NCBI GenBank assembly: GCA_951406725.2 | Contig: OX597815.1 | Location: forward strand, 64,294,001-64,358,000 | Direction: 5' to 3' | DNA: 64,000 nucleotides | Source: Octopus vulgaris | Taxonomy: Eukaryota | Shown: piece after piece, positions 58,950 through 64,000 of the stretch | Position numbering within the stretch: position 1 is the first letter of the stretch | How the letters are laid out: each line of letters starts with the position of its first letter | Position numbers and translations under genes: made by a program | The notes under the pieces: model-generated | Told to the model about the DNA's origin: nothing | The model's input: the letters and a program-made list of their open reading frames with translations, nothing else | Databases searched by the model: none

Positions 58950-61435
58950 CAAATCTTCAGATATCTAGCCATAGATGATAGAACCGAACTCTACGTCCCT
59001 CGAAAATCCCGGATTATGCTTAAGGGCCATAAACCTAACTTTCTTATTGATCCCTAAGTTAAATTGAATTGTCCTTCTAAATCCGATGTAGGTATTATTA
59101 CTAAAAGAAATCACTAATAGGTTAATACCCGTCCTTAAGTCGAAAATTAGATTAGCCATCTGGTCTGATACCCAAGAGGTTGTTGGATGGTTCAAGCTTC
59201 TAAAAATTAGTAAGAATTGTAAATTCTTGCAACTAGATCTAGAGAGCTTCTATGCCACTATCAATCCGATAGTTCTTAACCAAGCCTAGATTTTTAGCAT
59301 GAAAAATTCCGATTTGTCTCGACGTGAAATAGTTATAATCGCCGCGCGAGCCACTCTAGTAGATTTTGATGGTAGATTATAGAGTAGGTTAGATAGAGAG
59401 AATGCATTTGATATAGCAATGGCTCATGTGATTCTGCTTTGGCCAGTGAACTAGTCAGAAAATATATCCTTTCATTAATCCAGTCTTCCTTTCTGGAAGT
59501 AACAGGGGGTCTATATAGGGATGACGCCTTATTTTTTCTAGACAGATATAGTAAAGTACAGTTAGAAAGGTATAGCAAAAATTTCTTTAGACTTTTCAAA
59601 ACTTTAGGACTAAACATTACGATAGGTACAGAGTATCGTAGAGTGAATTTTCTGTCTTGATACTGGATTATTTGAACTATTTCATAAGCCAAATGATTAT
59701 GTATTGACGTAACATCCAACAATTTACCCTCGATTATATGGGGTCTCATTAAGAACATTTCTACAATAATTTGTAGATTATCTGCTAATAATAACATTTT
59801 CGTATCTCATGCAACTTATTATAATGCTGCTCTAGCTAGGGCTGGATACCGTGAAAAAATTCAATATATACAAGAAGCAAGCATACAGAACACTGGTAAT
59901 TCCTCCAGCTGTGATGCACGTTGTATACCACCACAACGTTACGGTTTGAGAATTCATTCAGATAAAGAATACAAGCCAGAAAGAATTGGTTGGTCATATC
60001 AATGAACCACCAACGAAAACTCATAGACACATGTGACATAATAGTTCAACTGCTTGTTCCAATCTTGTACAACACACTCGATCAAATAAGCTTAAGAACA
60101 GATATAGGAATCAGGATGTCCTCTGCTTCAACCCGATTTTCGGTTTGCATGTTTCAACCAAGACCGCTGGAAAATTTTTTTTCTGCTTTGGACAAGTATT
60201 TTCCTAAATCTAATCGGTATCATGCTATTTTTAATCGACACACCGTGAAGGTATCCTACACCAACTCTACTAATACAGTGCAGCTTATGCATTATGTAAA
60301 CAATAACAAAATGAGGCAAAGGTTCAATAACCCACCTACTAGATCTAGCGGACATTTGCATCTAGATACCAACGAAGGAGAAGTAAATCGCATTGATAAA
60401 CACCAACTACAACCAATTCGTAGTAGTAGAAATACTTATGCTACAGCTAGCACAGTAACAACGCCGGTAAATGGAGTCGGGACTGCCTTATATACAAATA
60501 AATACGTTAAATGCTTATGCAGAGAAATATCAAAATGTCCTTTGATGAATTTCTGTATGAGTATTAATCTCGTATATAAATGTACCGTGCACACAAGGTG
60601 GTGGTGGAACTATGTTTACACTGGGCAGACAGCGGATTCATTTAAGATTCGTTATCGTAGCCATGTTGCCATCTGTAAGACAATCAATAAGAGACACTCA
60701 ACATCTTTTGCAGATTTTGTATGGCGACTGAAGGAGGATAAAATGAAGCATATCATTAATTGGTCATAGTAAGGTATGCAAAAACATACAGTATAATTTC
60801 CAGGAGAGGCCGTCTCTGCTCCGAGGAATCCCTGTCTATTCTGTGGACTAACGAGAAGATAAGTAATAGAATTTCTGAACGACTCTCGAGATGCCTACAC
60901 GCATATAAATGTACTTTTGCACAATGCAGTGAGAATGAATTTTGAGTAACATTTAACTTAATTTAATTTACTTCAAGGTATGGATGACTTAAGTTTACTT
61001 TTAACACCAAGTAAATAACTAACTCGATTTGTGTTCATGAGTGCACCAAACCTCACGTGTGGTATGCTCACATTTTTGCGGATGCTTGTATGAGCGAGTG
61101 TACTCGCACCATGCAGCTTGCCCGAGGGCGTTTATACATCCATAAATGTTAATACTTTTCTCGCAGCATTGCGTGTTCGTTTCGTTTTTTGCCATCTGTG
61201 ACTTTATTATTGATCTTCTTTATAAATGATGACATTTCCTTCGTCTGGGTGCTTTTCTCTCTACAAAACGGAAAGTTTAACGAGTCGTATTTATTTATCA
61301 CCCAAAGAGATACATCTGCCCCACCGGGTGCTCCTGATCCAGTTGTTGAGTGTCCCACCCATCGATATCAGACGTGTCGAAACAATTGTCGTGATTAATG
61401 ATAAATTTTCGTATATTCCATCTTCCGTTTCTCAA

Positions 61436-61440
<5 letters not shown>
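58950..61440 (+). mobile_element. Penelope-like retroelement (RT plus GIY-YIG endonuclease), decayed, with 3' hammerhead relic
   Basis: HKPNF, QLDLESFYATI, GLYRDDAL, VNFL, DKYFPKSNRYHAIFNRHTVKVSY, CLCREISKCPLMNFC, LVYKC..YVYTGQTADSFKIRYRSH, STSFADFVWRLK. Confidence 0.88.
61298..61394 (+). ncRNA. Decayed type-I hammerhead motif at the Penelope 3' end
   Basis: tcac CCAAAGA gatacatctg...cagacgtgtc GAAAC AATT GTC gtga; stems preserved, core mutated from CTGAAGA. Confidence 0.55.
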
Positions 61441-61498
<58 letters not shown>

Positions 61499-61543
61499 TA
61501 CATATACATATACTTATATACATATACATATATATATATATAT

Positions 61544-61624
<81 letters not shown>

Positions 61625-61652
61625 ACACATGTCCTTGTGGAAGCTGTTGTGC

Positions 61653-61730
61653 GCGGCTGAAGAAGGCCACAGACATACATTATGCATTGTTATAAATCTG
61701 TCTAATAAAGGCCCGAAACATATGTACCGC
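61653..61730 (+). ncRNA. Type-I hammerhead ribozyme motif with intact core boxes
   Basis: gcgg CTGAAGA aggcc...ggccc GAAAC ATAT GTA ccgc; stem I gcgg/ccgc, palindromic stem III acatatgt, cleavage triplet GUA. Confidence 0.7.
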
Positions 61731-62687
61731 TGAATCCTTCGCATCATGTTTTTACTTTATTTTGATCAATATATATATATATATATATATATGCATACAT
61801 ACATACATACACACACACACATATATGCATACACATATACATACACACGTGTGTGCATAGGTGTGTAAAGGGACAGAAGGCTATAGACAAACGAACAGAT
61901 AGATAGATGTATAAGTATTTCTTCGTACACTGTATCTAGTATACGATGGTGCATACAAAAACTACGTAAATTTATATGCTTTTAACAGCTATGTATGTGT
62001 TTGCATATGTGTGTGTATGTAGTATGTGTTTATGTATGTATGTATGTATGTATATATGTTTGTATGTGTATATGTGTGTATGTATGACTTGTATGCATGT
62101 ATGTATTTATGCATGCATTTATGCATGTATGTATGCACGTACGTATATGTGCATGTATATATGTTTCCATGCACGTATGTACATATGTATGTATGTATAT
62201 ATGCATGTGTGTACGTATACGTACGTATATATACGTATGCATGTATGTATGTACGTATGTATGTATGTGTTTATATGTATGTATATATGTAAGAAGAAGC
62301 GAAGTATATGCATGCATTTATCTAGTCCCGGTAACTGCTGTACGTTTTAATTGTCCTGGTGTGTCTATACACGAATACGGACGCGTGTGTGCGTGACTAT
62401 GTGTGTATGTGTATATGTTCGTGCTTGTGTAGGTGTGTGTGTGTGCGCGCGCGTGTGCATTTACATGAAACACACATTCCTACTGATGTATTGCACATCG
62501 TGGCGACATCTGTAATCGCACTACTTTCAGACTCTTACACCCCATATACTCATACATAATCACAGATGCATATATACATGCATATAATATATAAACACAG
62601 ACACATATATAAATGCTTACACATATGTACATACGACAAAATATATTTGTGCCTTTATGTGTGAGCCCCCTTGCGTATGTGTATGAG

Positions 62688-62754
<67 letters not shown>

Positions 62755-63014
62755 GTATATATATATATATGTGTGTGTGTATGTATACATATACGTACAT
62801 ATACATACATATCAATACGTATATGTACACATACATATATATATGTATATGTACACATACATATATATGTGTGTGTGTATATATGTATACATATTACACA
62901 TGCATATGCAAGTTCATTTATATGTAACTGTGTATGCTCATGTATATGTATACACGCATACATTTAAACATTTAAATATATATATATATATATGCTCTTG
63001 TGACTTATGTATGA

Positions 63015-63061
<47 letters not shown>

Positions 63062-63157
63062 TGTATGTGTGTATGTATATGTGCGTGAATGTACGTTAAA
63101 TGAGCGCATACAGGCATGTTTATCTTAATGTATGAGTATGTGCCTTCGTATGCGTGC

Positions 63158-63208
<51 letters not shown>

Positions 63209-63499
63209 CCTCTGTGTGTGTGTGTGTGTATGTGTTTGTGTGTGCACGGGCGTGTGCATGCGTGTGTCTACGAAGCGTATAGCTAGGAGCGATCTACCAG
63301 CTGACGTGTAAAAGACGGAAGACTCCAGGCGCCCGTTCTTCCGTGTGTAGAATTTTAGCATCGATGATGGGTCGGTGGCGGGGAGAGTGGAGGTTAGCGT
63401 GAGAGAGTTGGGAGTGGGGTAGTGGTAGGGAGAGGGTTGGCGGTGATTCTGGAGATGAAAGAATGAGAGAGAGAAGATGAAGGGGGAAAGCATGATGAA

Positions 63500-64000
63500 T
63501 AACAGGAAAACTAAGAAAATACGGCAGCAGCTGATGGTGGTGGTGTGGGGGATGGTCGGGGCGGCTGGTTGGCTGGTTGGTTGGCTGGTTGGTTGGCTGG
63601 TTGGTTGGTTGATAACGGTGACGATGAGAACACTGGAAACGACGACGACGTCGACGATGATCGGCGATGATGGTGAGTAAGAAAGAGGAAGATCATGACG
63701 ACGATGAAGATGAAGATGATGGAAATGATGGTGATAATGATGATGGTGATGGTGGTGATGATGATGATGATGATGATGATGAATGATGATGATGATGACT
63801 ATAACGAGGATTATGGTGAGCAAGAGAAGAAAAATTTTAATGATTGATGATGATGACTATTGCGATGATAATCATGATGATGACTGCGGCAGATGATAAT
63901 GATGATGATGATGATGATGACGATGATGATGATGCTCATGGTGGTGGTGATGATAATCTGGCGGAGAAGGTGGAGAACGCGGAAGGTGCAGCAGGAAAAG
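63500..64000. repeat. (GGTT/GGCT)n and (GAT)n low-complexity tract
   Basis: Direct reading. Confidence 0.9.

Noticed and set aside
59990-60769. 259-aa ORF as a host nuclease gene
   Set aside because: It is the GIY-YIG region of a frameshifted Penelope-like element with upstream RT remnants.

Overview
AT-rich eukaryotic DNA that is very dense in microsatellites. The SINE families, repeat spectrum and Penelope/Chapaev content point to an octopus (coleoid cephalopod) genome; this is inferred from recalled repeat families, not from a search. Almost every ORF in the six-frame track is a translation of a simple repeat. The real content is: (1) decayed transposable elements: two Chapaev3-type CACT elements, a near-intact DD36E Tc1-like element, several mariner/rosa-like relics and MITEs, R4/Dong-like RLE LINE fragments, Penelope-like RT/GIY-YIG fragments and at least four tRNA-SINE families; (2) more than a dozen minimal type-I hammerhead-ribozyme-like motifs with varied core substitutions, often in inverted-repeat cassettes; (3) a probable 3' end of a + strand host gene made of tiny exons (22393-22409?, 47396-47432, 51658-51698), which splice in frame to ...VSDLQEMNPACWEEFGYDKYAELGENCCSC*. 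I found no CRISPR array, rRNA or true tRNA. I cannot claim a new biological system; the best leads are the micro-exon CxC-terminated gene and the variant-core hammerhead families.
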